In this document: positions 37,952 to 51,089 of the stretch, in pieces | How the letters are laid out: every line of letters begins with the position of its first letter | Position numbering within the stretch: position 1 is the first letter of the stretch | NCBI RefSeq assembly: GCF_001194135.2 | Contig: NC_068981.1 | Span: forward strand, 119,988,386 to 120,052,385 | Direction: 5' to 3' | Length of the DNA: 64,000 nt | Origin: Octopus bimaculoides | Lineage: Eukaryota | Notes under the pieces: model-generated | What the model was told of the DNA's origin: nothing | Database searches by the model: none | Seen by the model: the letters and a program-made list of their open reading frames with translations, nothing else | Translations under genes and position numbers: made by a program

Positions 37952-39248
37952 CTGTAAAAATAAAAAGAAAGGGAAAAATACAGTAAATAGAAATGAAGAA
38001 ACATGATTTTAAAGAAATTAGCCACAACCAAAATATGCATTTGTTCATAAAATATAGTGAGCCGGCCACATATTTAGCTCTATTAAACTCTAACTATAAG
38101 ATCTTAAAAAGGATTCAAACATATATCAGCCATGATCACACAATAAGAAAATGCTTACTGTTCCCTAATCATAAAACATTATTAATTTTTATAAAATACT
38201 ATTTTATTAACTGAAGATAATTGATTGTCACAAAAATTGCTTACAGAGAACAGAAAAAATACAGATTAGATTAGTTGTTAATGATACTGAATGTAAAGTC
38301 AAAACTAGTAAGTCAGTTAAAGTTGTTTTGATAAATTAAATACTAGTTTATCATATATTAATATATGATGTTTACCTTAACGGTTTGGTATTATCAAATA
38401 TTGAAGATAATCATTACAATTTTACACTAGCTGACTCTTATTTTTCTGTTAACAATGATGCAGTAGAAAAGGAAAATATCAAAATCATAAAGATAGATAT
38501 TCCCAAATACATGTGATCCTCACGAATGTAATAAAAATCCTGAACTTTTACCAATTACATCTTTTCAGCAAAGTTGTATTGTAAGTTAAATAAGCACTCA
38601 CATTTTAATGCAAGGTACATTAAAAAGCTAACTATCAGGAAAAAGAAAAAAAAAATCAGTATTGGCCAATGACTAACATTTTAATTATTTCAGCAAATAC
38701 TGGAAATGACAGTAGATATGTTTCTGCTGCATTATGATTTCATCAGCGAAACAAACTTTGCAGCACTTGCTGAAGTAGTGATGATAGAACCAGTCAGTAA
38801 ATGTACAAGATTATGCACCTGTTAGCAGACAAAAATAGATTTCCCTAAAAATTGCAACAAACTAGGTAGCAAAATACTATTAGTAGATTCTACTAATAAA
38901 TTCTAAAAATCTTCCAATAAACAGTCCCTGATATTACAATGTATTTAAACATTATCATTACTATTAAGCTGTGCGGCCAAAATATTTCTCTAGTTCAGTA
39001 GATAAACACATCTGTGTGTTGTTGAAACTCTGATCTAATGTATGAATGGTTTAACATATAAACCATAAAAAGTGTAGCTGTAACAATAACAACATACATC
39101 AGAACTGATGTCATTGAGCATAAATCAATATTTCTCAACTGGGGTCACAAAATGTCCAATTTACCATAATCCAACTAAAATGGAAATTCATGAAATTTAG
39201 TAGTCCTAATGTCAAATACATATGGAAAATCACAAAATAAATACTTAC

Positions 39249-39388
39249 TTATGCTTTGCTTTCAGGTGCTACTCTAATTGGAGTAGATGAATGTATGGGT
39301 CCATTTTGAGCTATTCCACCACCACCACCTCGAATTACTGCTGTTTGTGCAGTAATGGACTGGTGTTGTCCAGGCCGGATTGGTTTGG
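39249..39388 (-). CDS. Khc: Kinesin-1 heavy chain, last coding exon (AKPIRPGQHQ...APESKA*)
   Basis: 140 nt, phase 1 to stop; TAA is followed directly by GTAAGT. Confidence 0.97.
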
Positions 39389-40163
39389 CTGGAATAAGGA
39401 AAGGCAAATCAAATTATAATTCAGTATACTTTTGTTTTATGATTTTACTATTATTTCATCAAGAATGGTTGGGATTTAATAGAAGTGAATTTTAAAAAAC
39501 TCAGTTAATCTATAAAATATTCTTATATGAAGAATGATTAAAAGGATCACTTTGTAAAGTTGTAAATGTGGCACCTAGTTTGATCCTACAGTGCAGTACT
39601 TTGGGCAAGTGTCTTCTACCCTAGTTTTTGGTCGACACCTTATGAGAGGAACTTTATAGATGAAAACTATATGTGTATGTGTGTGTGCATATGTATGTAT
39701 ATATGACATAGATGGAAACTAAGTGTATGTATATATATATATATATATGGATAGCATTGTGAAAAGGCAAAATTGGTGCATCAAATGAAAATAACCTGTA
39801 GTATTTCAATCTTTCTTATTTACACCTCCTTTACATCCAGTTGACTTTGCCCTTCGTTCACTTCCAAGGTTGATATTAATCAACTAGAGGTGCCCTAAAA
39901 TAGCTACAGTCCAATCACTGAAACCAGTACAAGAATGTGTTAAAAAAATGTTTGTAATAAACTAACTTGTTACTGGCTAATTATTATTATTTTGTGTCCA
40001 TATCAAATTTTTACACATTTTTATGCATTCTTATGAGTTCTTTATTTCATAAATCATAAAAAAAAATGACAGGAATCCAATAATGGGTAAAATCACTCAG
40101 AGTTAACAATAGCAAAGCTATGTGCTACCTTAACATAAAGCCAAGTCAAACATTTTCACTTAC

Positions 40164-40243
40164 CTATTTGAGCAGCATGTCCTCTGCGTGCAAGGTTTTT
40201 CTGGCGAACAGCTTCTTTGATCCTATCCACCTCATGCTGGTAC
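40164..40243 (-). CDS. Khc: KHC exon ([26 protein letters not shown])
   Basis: 80 nt, AG/GT boundaries, phase 2-1; precedes the IAK autoinhibitory motif. Confidence 0.97.
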
Positions 40244-41121
40244 CTGCCGTTGGTAAAGGTGATATTGCTAATTCAAATACAAAATAGTATTGCTGTTTCC
40301 AAATACTTTGAAAAATAGATTAAATACCTGCAATAAAGTTATGTTCATCAGGAAATCTAGGGCTAAAGCTATTCTGATCCATGAGTAGTCTTTCAAAAAA
40401 CTGGAAACTTACCAATTTCAAGACTGTTTCCTTTGACAAAATTCGTAAATCTATTCATCTTTCAAAATATCCAGCCGACTTCAGGCAAAAGCTTTCATTG
40501 AATTGAGTTACAAAGAGTAGACTGTGTCAGAGTTTACAGAAGAGCCCAAATAAAGTAATATTTTAGGCCCACAAAAGCTATTCAGGAGATCTATGTAGAT
40601 GAATGCAAAATTAATATCATACATTAACATTTTATATCTACCTGCAGTGACTATAAGGAGAATTGCATAACTTATTGACTGATTCTACAAAGAAATGATT
40701 CCTTTCTATTCGAATTTGCTTTGGCATTTTTTTTTTTTTCTAAGATGTAGTTCTTTGTAAACCAATCAGATCTAAGGCTGTCTCAAAATTCACGACCGTT
40801 TATATCATAATCAGCAATACCATCATTTCATGCAATTCACAACAACATTGTTCGAAAAAAATTGATACAAAATGCAAATAACACACAAAATAAAGAAAAA
40901 CAATGTATTTCTTAAATGAAACTCAGGAAACATCCAGTTGATACTAGCAATGAATATTTATAGTATCAGGTTTAAAGTTTTCAATTCTATATTTTTAATT
41001 AATCATACTGACATGTTATAATCATAACTAATAATTCTAAGCTATTTATATTGAGAATATCTAGTTATTTTAGAGAAAGCTTAGTGCACACAAAAAACAT
41101 CACAAAACAGAAGTAGTGTTA

Positions 41122-41298
<177 letters not shown>

Positions 41299-41361
41299 TT
41301 AAATTTCAATAATATAGAGGAAAGCAATTATTTTAATGAAATATTCAAGTTAGATAATTAA

Positions 41362-41580
41362 CCCTTTTGTTACCATATTTCTGTTGAGATGCTCTGTGTT
41401 TCTTTCAATTAATTTTAAATATAACAAAGAATTCAGTAAAATAACTTAATCATTAAGCTAGTGTTAGGAACATAAATTGTGACTAAGGTTTGGTGGAAGA
41501 TTTTAATTCAGAACTTATGAAAACAAGACATTTGTACTACAGAGCCAGAGGCAGTTTCAGCCGGGTTGGTATCAAAAGAG
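41362..41580. mobile_element. piggyBac-like MITE (second family) in KHC intron
   Basis: TTAA-cccttttgttacca...tggtatcaaaagag-TTAA. Confidence 0.75.
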
Positions 41581-41869
41581 TTAAGCTAATCCTCACAAAG
41601 AAATTATATAAAAAAAAGTTCTTGTATCCTATGGTTAGCTCTGGAGTATATACTTTAAAGCAAATGAAGTTTTTTTAAGAAAAAAAAAGAACCTGGCACT
41701 TGTACTAGTTTATCATTAATAAACTACTTAAGCTCTTGATTCAGACTAAATTATTTCCCCCATCATTTTCCTATTTAAACAAATATGACTGAAGGCAGAT
41801 TACTGTAGCTTTAACTTTCTATTTAACAATACACTAAAGAAAAAACTTAAATATGTAGCGAGCATTCAC

Positions 41870-41983
41870 CTGTTTGTGAACCTTGGTTAGTTGTTCAAGG
41901 TTGCTTTCTAAGAATGAGATCTTCTGTTTCTGAGCTGCATTACCTCCAGTGTCTTCATCATCATCTTCAGCCTTGCTACATGA
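41870..41983 (-). CDS. Khc: KHC exon ([38 protein letters not shown])
   Basis: 114 nt, phase 0-0. Confidence 0.97.
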
Positions 41984-42663
41984 CTGAAAAACAAAATGAC
42001 AAATTGAAAAATCTAAAAGACTTCATAAATAATGTAAACGTCATTATGGTTCCCAATTTCTACAACTCACCAATATAAATGACAAGCTTACAATTATGTA
42101 CCCACAAAAGCTCATTAGAATTTTTTAAAAATCCACAAAAAACAACTAATAGAAAAGACAAGAAATCACAACTAATTATAGTTAAAATGATTAAAATTCA
42201 TGATGAATTTAGCATAAATATTAGAAAAATAATTATATCATGCCACCCCAAATACAGAAAATCAAATTGATCTAATGTTTTTGAACAGTTGTTAGTGAAA
42301 TGGTAAATACAAAAATGTAATATAATCAACTGTAGATTAACTATTCCTTTTGGTTCTGCTTATTCAGCAACAGTTGCTGAAATACCATTTAATATGAAGT
42401 AAGAATGAATACCAATAACAAAATAGTAAATTATCATCACACCCATTCTCCCCAACCTAGTTAACTATTGATGGAGGACTTTGGCAATATAATATTTATT
42501 AAGCCATGGCAATGAGACTAATCAATATGCAGTAAATGATACTGTTTTCAATAGCATTAAGATTTTGGGTTTTACCGTTCTCATTTTTTTTACAGACACA
42601 AAAATGTCCATAAAACAGCTAAATAAATAAATTAAAAAATTTGAACTTGATAGAAATTCTTAC

Positions 42664-42735
42664 CTTTTTGACTTTGTTCTGGAGATCTTGCACAAACAAT
42701 TTTCTAAGGTTATGCAGAGTTTGTAGCTCTTTGGC
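42664..42735 (-). CDS. Khc: KHC exon (AKELQTLHNLRKLFVQDLQNKVKK)
   Basis: 72 nt, phase 0-0. Confidence 0.97.
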
Positions 42736-42957
42736 CTGAAAACATTTTAAACAAAGAAATGTCATTGACAAGTCAAAATCTTAATATACACTTATAATAC
42801 AAAACTGTAAAACCATATTTTCAAAAATCAAAATCCAATACATTTTAAAATCTTTATAAAGAAGGTTAAGTTAAACTTAATATTGACATTTCTGATAATT
42901 TTGTATTCTAATATTAAGTATAGAAGTAAAAAGATCTTTATGGATTTTTCTACATAC

Positions 42958-43120
42958 CACAGTTTCTTCAAGTCCTTTCAGATCTTGTTTAGCTTGTTCT
43001 CGGCGATCGATTTGCAACGACAGATCAGCTAATTTAGCAGACTTTTCAACCTCTTCTTGCTTCAATTTATCATAATCAGCTTGGAGTTTCTCTAGAGCGA
43101 GAGTTAGTTTTTGATTGGAA
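42958..43120 (-). CDS. Khc: KHC exon ([12 protein letters not shown]...KGLEETV)
   Basis: 163 nt, phase 2-0. Confidence 0.96.
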
Positions 43121-43299
43121 CTACAAAATATAAGAAATATATTTATATAATATAGATAACCAGATAATGAAACATACATTTTAATGTAATCATTTTAAAG
43201 TACCTGTTAAGCAAACAATATCGTCCAGGGCAATAAAGAGGTATTGAAATGTTATTATGAGAGGTTGTTAAATGAGGAGAATGCATATATGAGAGAGTG

Positions 43300-44050
43300 C
43301 ATGTCCCAAGTAGACCCAACAGAGGCAGGCCCTAGCCATTGATGATGACAACTATACTGTCAAAAGCAAGATTTTAGGATATGAAGATAAGGAATTAATT
43401 AAAATCACCAGGAAGAGTTACTGAGATGCTTAAAATACTTGAAGTAGGTTGTGCACTAGTCATTGCATGATCAATCAGATAGTAAAGGAAGGTGTAGCAG
43501 TCATAAACTGCAACAAAGGGAAGGAGATGTTTAAAAGAGACTTTAAATTGACAGATCTTACTATGAAATAAATAGGAATGCTATACAGTATAACCCTTGT
43601 CAAGTATGGACAAGAGACAGGCTGTTGGGGAAAGCAGATACACAAGAGAGAGAAGTTCCTTCAAATGCACTGAAGGCTCCACTGAAGTGGCTGATCGCTT
43701 TCATTAGCAAGATGACCTAATTCTGAAAGCATAGTTGCTAGAAAAAAAAGGAGTTGAAAAAAATTAGGGGACAGTTACTTCTGTTGATAAACAAAAGGTT
43801 TCTTCCAGTGTGAAAGGCAATCAATATGACACTTCTGTATGAACTGTGATGTTGCCTGAAAGTAAAACACAGCCTTTGAATGCACAAAATTTGTCATGGT
43901 TGAAAAGAGATGGGGTAATTATGCTCCACTGTTAGTGCACATGAATAATGGAGCACAATAAGCAGAGAGAAAAACTGGCTATAAAAGGAATCATACATAG
44001 TGTACAAAAGAGAAGTCAACACTGACACAGGTATGTTAATCCCATGGAGG
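43300..44050 (+). mobile_element. Old RTE LINE fragment in KHC intron
   Basis: Degenerate CNKGK..FKLTDL, DDLILKA and REKLAIKGI motifs match the RTE copies elsewhere in the window. Confidence 0.55.
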
Positions 44051-44826
44051 ATGCCAGTTGCTTAAACAAGTGCCAAGCACTCTAAGTGGATGGAATCTGT
44101 GAAAAATCAAGGAAAACAGAACAAAGTGGTGAAAATTGATCCCCAAGAGACTGAGCCTCATAATAGAAATAACCAGGAAATGCAATCTGTGATGAAACAC
44201 AGTGCGGGACCTGAACAATTTATATAATCTTGGGAAAGAATGAAAGTAAAGATAAGGATTGGAATGTATATTTACATTTGAGTCTCTCTTGACCAGCATG
44301 TTCATACTTAATCTCCATATACTGCCTTCCTCCTCCCATCATTACATTTTTCTCTCTCATTCACATGTCTCGCAATCATCACTTTTTCCTTTTTTATTGC
44401 TAGCTGTCACTCACTCTCTCATTGTTCACTCCCCTATCACTCATTAGTGACATCCACCAATGCTCTTCTCTCATCATCACCCAATGTTATATATCATGGT
44501 TTCACATTACTTCATCTTCTATCACTCTTTCCCTTCTCACATCCTGCTGCTCATGGTGTTTCTATCAAATCTTATTACCACAAAATCACCAGGCAGCTGT
44601 TCACCACTCTCTCTTCTTTTAGTCTTACTTCTGTATCAACTTCTCACATCTATGATTCTGGTTTTTTTCCCTTAATTTGTTCCTGTTTTACCCCCTTGCA
44701 GGCCTCTTTTGATGACTCAGTTCTCTCTAACAGGGACAAGACAACTTAGAAAAGAAGGCTCTTTAGTCTTGCTAAGGACAAGACCTATTGCTGAAAAAGC
44801 CACAATAAAATGAAAAAATAACATAC

Positions 44827-45001
44827 TCTTTGAGATCATCAACAGTGGCTTGTTTTTCTGCAATCTTGTCACGTAGGGATTGCAACTGCTTTTGATGTTG
44901 TTCACGATGCATCTCCATTTGTTTCTCAAGAACTTCACGTGTTTCACTTGCTGCACTACTTTCTTTTTCTCGCTCATTTAATGCAGATAAATGCATTTGT
45001 T
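44827..45001 (-). CDS. Khc: KHC exon (EQMHLSALNE...RDKIAEKQATVDDLK)
   Basis: 175 nt, phase 1-2. Confidence 0.97.
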
Positions 45002-45708
45002 CTAAAATATAAGCAAATATGTAAAATAATATCAAAAGATTGCAGACTTCATCACTGCATCTAAGATTTACATTTTTTTTTTTAAAGAACATCCTGAACA
45101 CATTTGAAGCTTAGAACTACCTACAAAAATACTCCAGTATGTAATCATTCGCTTTTATCTATTTGTATATTCTTAATAAGTGAATAAACATCATAGGCGA
45201 GTCATTTTAAAATTTCCTTTTCGACAGTGAAATGCATTTGGCAATTTTTATATTTGTTCTACATGATTTGCTTTTAAATTCAACCTTGACCACACTTAGT
45301 CAAATGAGTTTCATATATGAATAAAGATGTCATAATTAGATAACTTTATATAACAATATATTAGAATTATATGAAATTTGAAGTGTAAAAGTATACTAAC
45401 AAGCTAAACACAACCTAAAATGAAGAAAAATTATTACGCCACTTCCTAATTACACAAATAATAATATAATGTCAAGCTTAATCTCCTAAGGCATCACCAA
45501 AATAATTCTCAAGTTCAAAGAGTTATAGTTCTATTTTGTATTTTCTTTTGTTTCCAGTTTGGTTCAATTATTTGATTTCAAAATGAAATTATTTCTCATG
45601 AAGAATTAATTTTTTCACTTGTACCAATGAAAATCAGATATACATGGATAGTACAAGATTCAGGAAATCTTTTAGAATGACATAAAAACAATATTTCATG
45701 GCTCATAC

Positions 45709-45826
45709 CTTGTGCTTTCAGTTTAGCATACTCTTCATTGAGTGAGTCAACATTTTCCTCCATTGTTCTCCTTTTATTTTCAGCATCTTTGATGGTCTCT
45801 TGGAGTGTGACCATCTTCGCTTCATG
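45709..45826 (-). CDS. Khc: KHC exon (HEAKMVTLQET...AKLKAQ)
   Basis: 118 nt, phase 0-1. Confidence 0.97.
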
Positions 45827-46387
45827 CTACAAAGAAATACCATCAGATACCATTATAATTTACAATATTTTTCTCAATACTAATGTCAAACAACGAACAA
45901 AAGAGTATTAAAACACAAATTATAGCAATAATAATAATAGTTTAATGACATCTAAGAAAAAACTAGTGACACATCTTATATTCATAACTAGAGAGGTTAT
46001 AATTCAAAGTTACAGATTAACTAATTCTACAATAGTTTACAAGTTAGTTAAATTAAAAATAGTTTCAGTTTAAAGTTCTCATGCAAAAGGTCTGAGTTTA
46101 TTAAAGGCCTTTTTGTTTTTAAAAGAATAAACAATGTTGAATCAGAACTCTCGGCTCCCTTCCCTCAACCAAAATACTAAAGCTACTCAAAAAATCCAAA
46201 GGAGCCTCATTCTTTCCTGCTAACTCATCAAAATTGTTATAGCAACAAAATATAGAGTAGAACATAAAGTTGCAAGCAAAGCAAACTATTTCACTGAATA
46301 CTTTCAATGGAAAGCTAACATTAACTAAGGATAAAAGAAGATTAATTTACCACAAAACACAAAGAATCAACAGATAAAGAAATTTAC

Positions 46388-46579
46388 CTGTTGGATAAGT
46401 AATCTGCAATTAGACAATTCTTTTTCACTGTCTTCCATTTTCTTCAATGTATCTTGCTGGTAATTCTCAAGTTGAGAATTCCGACTGACTAAAGTTTTAA
46501 CTTCAGATTTCATCTTGCTGATATATAAGCGAGCAACAGTGAACTCTTCTTCAATCTTTTCTCCAGAACCTGCAGTTGG
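46388..46579 (-). CDS. Khc: KHC exon ([26 protein letters not shown]...LLIQQ)
   Basis: 192 nt, phase 0-0. Confidence 0.97.
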
Positions 46580-46716
46580 CTGAAAGGAATATGATGATGA
46601 AAATATATAAACAGCAATAACATTTTGCAGTAAAAATTGTGGAAATATTGGGTTTAAAAGTCTACCCAAATCTATGTAAGGTCATCAAATTGTAAAGAGA
46701 AATTACAAATACTTAC

Positions 46717-46866
46717 TTTAGTTTCAGCTGCATTGCCTCCAACAATAGCACCGATATCACCAAGGTCTTTCAATAAATTAATCATCATATCAGTGACTCG
46801 TTTCCTATGGTGCATTGAAGAATCCTTCAATTGATCCAATTCATTCTGTAAGCTATTCAATGTGCT
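46717..46866 (-). CDS. Khc: KHC exon (STLNSLQNELDQLKD...GNAAETK)
   Basis: 150 nt, phase 0-0. Confidence 0.97.
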
Positions 46867-47795
46867 CTAAAAGGAGATATTTTGAGGTTGTTGTAACAAA
46901 TAATAGTTTACAAGAGCCAAAGCATTATAAGACACAAAGCAAAAAAAAAAAAAAAAGTCAAAATCTTTTACTACAATATTCTTAGTGAATGTATCTGTTC
47001 CATTGACCTCTAACTTACTGAGCCAATGAGAGAACCTCAATACAGCTGCTCAACTCACTAGAAATCACAGTCATATTCCCTAAATCCCACCTATCATTTT
47101 AGGAAAAAAATGCACTGGATAATTTAGGCTTAATTATAAAATAAATAAAAAAGAAAACAATGTTACATATGAAAACCTCATCAAGGCTGAAGGTCAGTTA
47201 AACAAATATTTTCCCTATGACAAATTTGCCACAAGAACTGTACACTATTCTTGAAAACGTTTGGGTGTTTCAAAACTGAGAAAAAATGCTGGTAGCAGTG
47301 TATCAAAAGTGGAGGGAAATATTTTGAAGATGGCATGTCTCATTCAATTGTAGGTAAAGCCCAGTTTCTTGGGGAACAAACTTTGTGCACAGCAATGTCC
47401 AACTTCCTATCAGAGTAAAGACATATCTTTTATTTTTTACTTGATTCAGTCATTAGATTGCAGCCATGCTGGGGCACCATGTTGAAGGGCTTAAACTTAC
47501 TTTTCCTAATGATCTTATCCTAATGATCTTCTTTGAAGAACTGCTAAGTTATGGAGACATAAGCAAACCAACACTGGTTGTCAAGTGGCAATCTCAGGAC
47601 AAACACTAAATAATAAAGACATACACACATATAAAACGGGCTTCTTTCAGTTTCTGTGTATCAAATCCACTCATAAGGCTTTGTTGGCAAGGTCCTGCAC
47701 AGTGGGACTGAACACAAAACCTCAAAGTTGGGAAGAAAACTTCCTACCCAAACAGTCACACCAGTGTCTATTATGAAAATTCTATACTATCATTG

Positions 47796-48001
47796 ATTTC
47801 AAATTTTGGCACAAGGCTAGCAATTTCAGGGGATGGGGTAAGTTGATTACACTGACCCCAATACTCAACTGGTACTTATTTTATCAACCCCAAAAGGACA
47901 AATCGGCAGAATTTGAACTCAGAATGTGAAGGCAAATAAAATACCAGTAAGCAGTTTGCCTGCTATGCTAATAACTCTGCTAGCTCACTGCATTAACTTC
48001 A
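47796..48001 (-). mobile_element. SINE family B in KHC intron
   Basis: TSD atactatcattg (47784-47795) / atactattattg (48002-48013). Confidence 0.75.
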
Positions 48002-48304
48002 ATACTATTATTGCCATCATACTATGAAGAAACAAGTTTTGGAGGCTTTCCTAAAGTCAAATAACAATTTCCATTTCTATAATTTCTATAAACCAAAATG
48101 AATTCTCAAACAGATTTATTTGACAGACTATCTCCAATTTGACTAAATTAACTCTGACTGCTGCATTTATGTCAGAATATTTCTAATTGTAAACTAAAAT
48201 TTTATTTCCTTTTTCTGCTCAAATCCCCAATAAAACTGAAAATTATGCAATAAAATCTGAAATAATAACAATAATAATAATCATCTGGAAATGCAATAAC
48301 TCAC

Positions 48305-48580
48305 CAGCTTCTGGCTAAGTTCATCACTAAGATTTTCATTTTCTTTATTTTTATTCTCAACCTCTTGAGACTTTTGATCATAATTCATAGCCAACTCTTC
48401 AAGGGCTTGCAAGACTTCTTTCACTTCATCTTTAGCAGATTCATTATCAGATTGAATACGTGACATTTCTTGCTGTAGATTTTCATAGTCTTTACGAGAC
48501 TGAGAAATTAATTCTTCCTGTTCCATCATCTGTTCATTTAATTTCTCTATTAACTGAGACTGGTTGTTGATCTCATCATC
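48305..48580 (-). CDS. Khc: KHC exon ([13 protein letters not shown]...ELSQKL)
   Basis: 276 nt, phase 0-0. Confidence 0.97.
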
Positions 48581-48950
48581 CTGCATTAAAATAGTTCAAC
48601 TTTACTAACCATTGACATAGTTTACACATCAACCCATTAGCCTATTTAAGTAATCTAACAGTAATTAAATTGCTCAACAAAAACTATTAGCACCAGCACT
48701 CCTAATCACATTTGCATAATTTATGCCTTTTTACAATCATAAAAATTTATAAACTGAGTTTGATTTAATTTATATCATAGTATCCAAAAATTAAAATCAC
48801 TTTTACTTTAGTTCTTATCAAAGTACAATAGACTGAATGAAGAATTCTCTTTCCACCCATTTATCTAGAACATCTAAATAAACATCATTCCACTAACAAA
48901 TACAAATTTATTTATGTGTGCATTTGTAAATGCTTTTATTTTACATTTTG

Positions 48951-48981
<31 letters not shown>

Positions 48982-49256
48982 AAAAACTGTGCTATTTTGG
49001 AAGAGAAATCATTAACAATAATAAACAGAAATACGTTTTTTCACTGTTTTACTACTTATTAGATTTTGTTGTTAGTATCATGTAACAACAATAAAATAAA
49101 TAAAACCCAAATGTATAATAACCACACTCCGTGCGCGTGTTTAGATCTTACAAAATACAAACTTTTCAGATTTCATAAAACTAACATACAAAACAACTGC
49201 TAGCATGTTGTGCTGGTAATAAGTGCACGGTAAAATAAAAGTATAAACAAATTTAC

Positions 49257-49429
49257 TTTATCATCAAGTTGTTGATACAGTTTCAATCGTTCTTCTTCTA
49301 ATTGGCTACGATCACCTTCATTCATAGATACAACCATATTTCCAGCTAGGCTGGTTGTGCTGGTAGCAGGAGACTCTGCAGGAATATCTGCTTTCAGATC
49401 AACTTGGTCATCAACAGATACAGGTTGAC
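49257..49429 (-). CDS. Khc: KHC exon (GQPVSVDDQV...LYQQLDDK), hinge 1
   Basis: 173 nt, phase 1-0. Confidence 0.97.
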
Positions 49430-50940
49430 CTAAAACAAGATCACATATAAACATATAAATTTATTACTAATTGTTTTTTTCATTCATAGCTTATTAAGTA
49501 GATATTTCATTTATTAGTGTCAGATGAACAAAATTAAGGTAAGATTAAATAAAATAGGTACTAATTTAAAACAAATGAAGAACAGACCTACTGACAGGAC
49601 TCCCAGTCTGTACATATATATCACTCACCAGGCAATTGTGTTACCTAATCACTCTACGGAGAGCATGTCAATGCCTTTCTTAAAAATCTAGTTTGTGTTT
49701 TTTAACTGTGCTACAGCATCTTTATAAAATGTTGTTAGTTAGCAAGACAATTTAAACACCATAAACAAATATCATATACAATGCTGTACAATATAAATAA
49801 GTGCATTACTTTGGTTTGAAGTCTACAATGAGAAAAGCACTACATGTTCTACCAGTTCAATATTCTGTTTCTGAACAATTTAGAATGATTTTTAATGCCT
49901 ACTATGAATAAATTATACAGAAAACATCTTAACCTCTTCAATTCTGAATTGTAGATCAGATAAGTGGAAAGCTTGTGCTAACAGGATTATTTTAATTTCT
50001 AAAATTTATGGGTCTTTTCAAGCACAATGTAAGATATTTTTAAGGTGACGGATGTAGTGAAATGAAGGAATTCCAATATACTGCTGGTACATAACTTATT
50101 TTATTGACACCAAAAATAAGATAAAATTCAAGCTTAGAAAATTTAGTTCATCATTTTATTATTGCTGCCAATTTATCACTCATATCCTTTCTAAAATTAA
50201 GACAATTTTTTTTAGTTAACTGAATTCAAAGCCAACATAGATTCTAATTACTTTAGATTTTTGACAATGTTTTTCTTCTAAATGTAAACAAGTTTCAGAG
50301 AAACAAATTTAATATGAAAGAAGACATGGAAACACTCATTTCTCAATCAATGAGCAATTTTTTTTTAGATTCTTCTAGTAATTCATGCAAGTGATTAAAC
50401 ATATCCTACCAGAACAATTCAAATCTTATATATGCTTCTATCAATGTAACTGACAAAATACACTATATAAACTTGAAATACAGAAATGAACATTAAAAAA
50501 ATTGAAGATAACAGAGAAGATAATAGAAATAACTTGCTTCTAGACTATTACTAATGTAAAAAGGCTCAACATTTTCATAATCCTATATTTTATGAAATGC
50601 TACTAAGTGTCTTCTATACTGAGAATCTCTGGATCTCATCTGTTGTCTATAACAGAGAATTTAGAAGGGTTTGATAAAATAACTAATTTTGTTATAATCA
50701 AGCTGATGTTTTTAGCAAAAAGGACGGGCAATTTAAAATAAGAAGCTCCCAATCAAAGAATAGAGAGGATCTCATACAAGTTAATATCAAATGGGCTGAG
50801 TAAGCAAGTGCATATGTATACACACAGATTCTAAATAAAGAGTGAATAAATCATTGAACATTGATCTTAAAATAGATTTTATACTATCTGAACATTTTGT
50901 AAGTCAAAACAGAAGAAAATTTTAGAAAAATGTATCTTAC

Positions 50941-51089
50941 CAGTTCTCCATTTCTGTAATTCACTCTCTAATCGTGCCAATGTAGCCTTCAATTTGGTAC
51001 ATTTTTCTTTTTCCTTCTCATATCTTCTCTTCCATTCATCAGCTGTCAATTCTTCATTGACAGACACAACATTCTTGATTGTCTTGGCT
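50941..51089 (-). CDS. Khc: KHC exon, neck linker and neck coil ([27 protein letters not shown]...WRT)
   Basis: 149 nt, phase 2-1. Confidence 0.98.
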
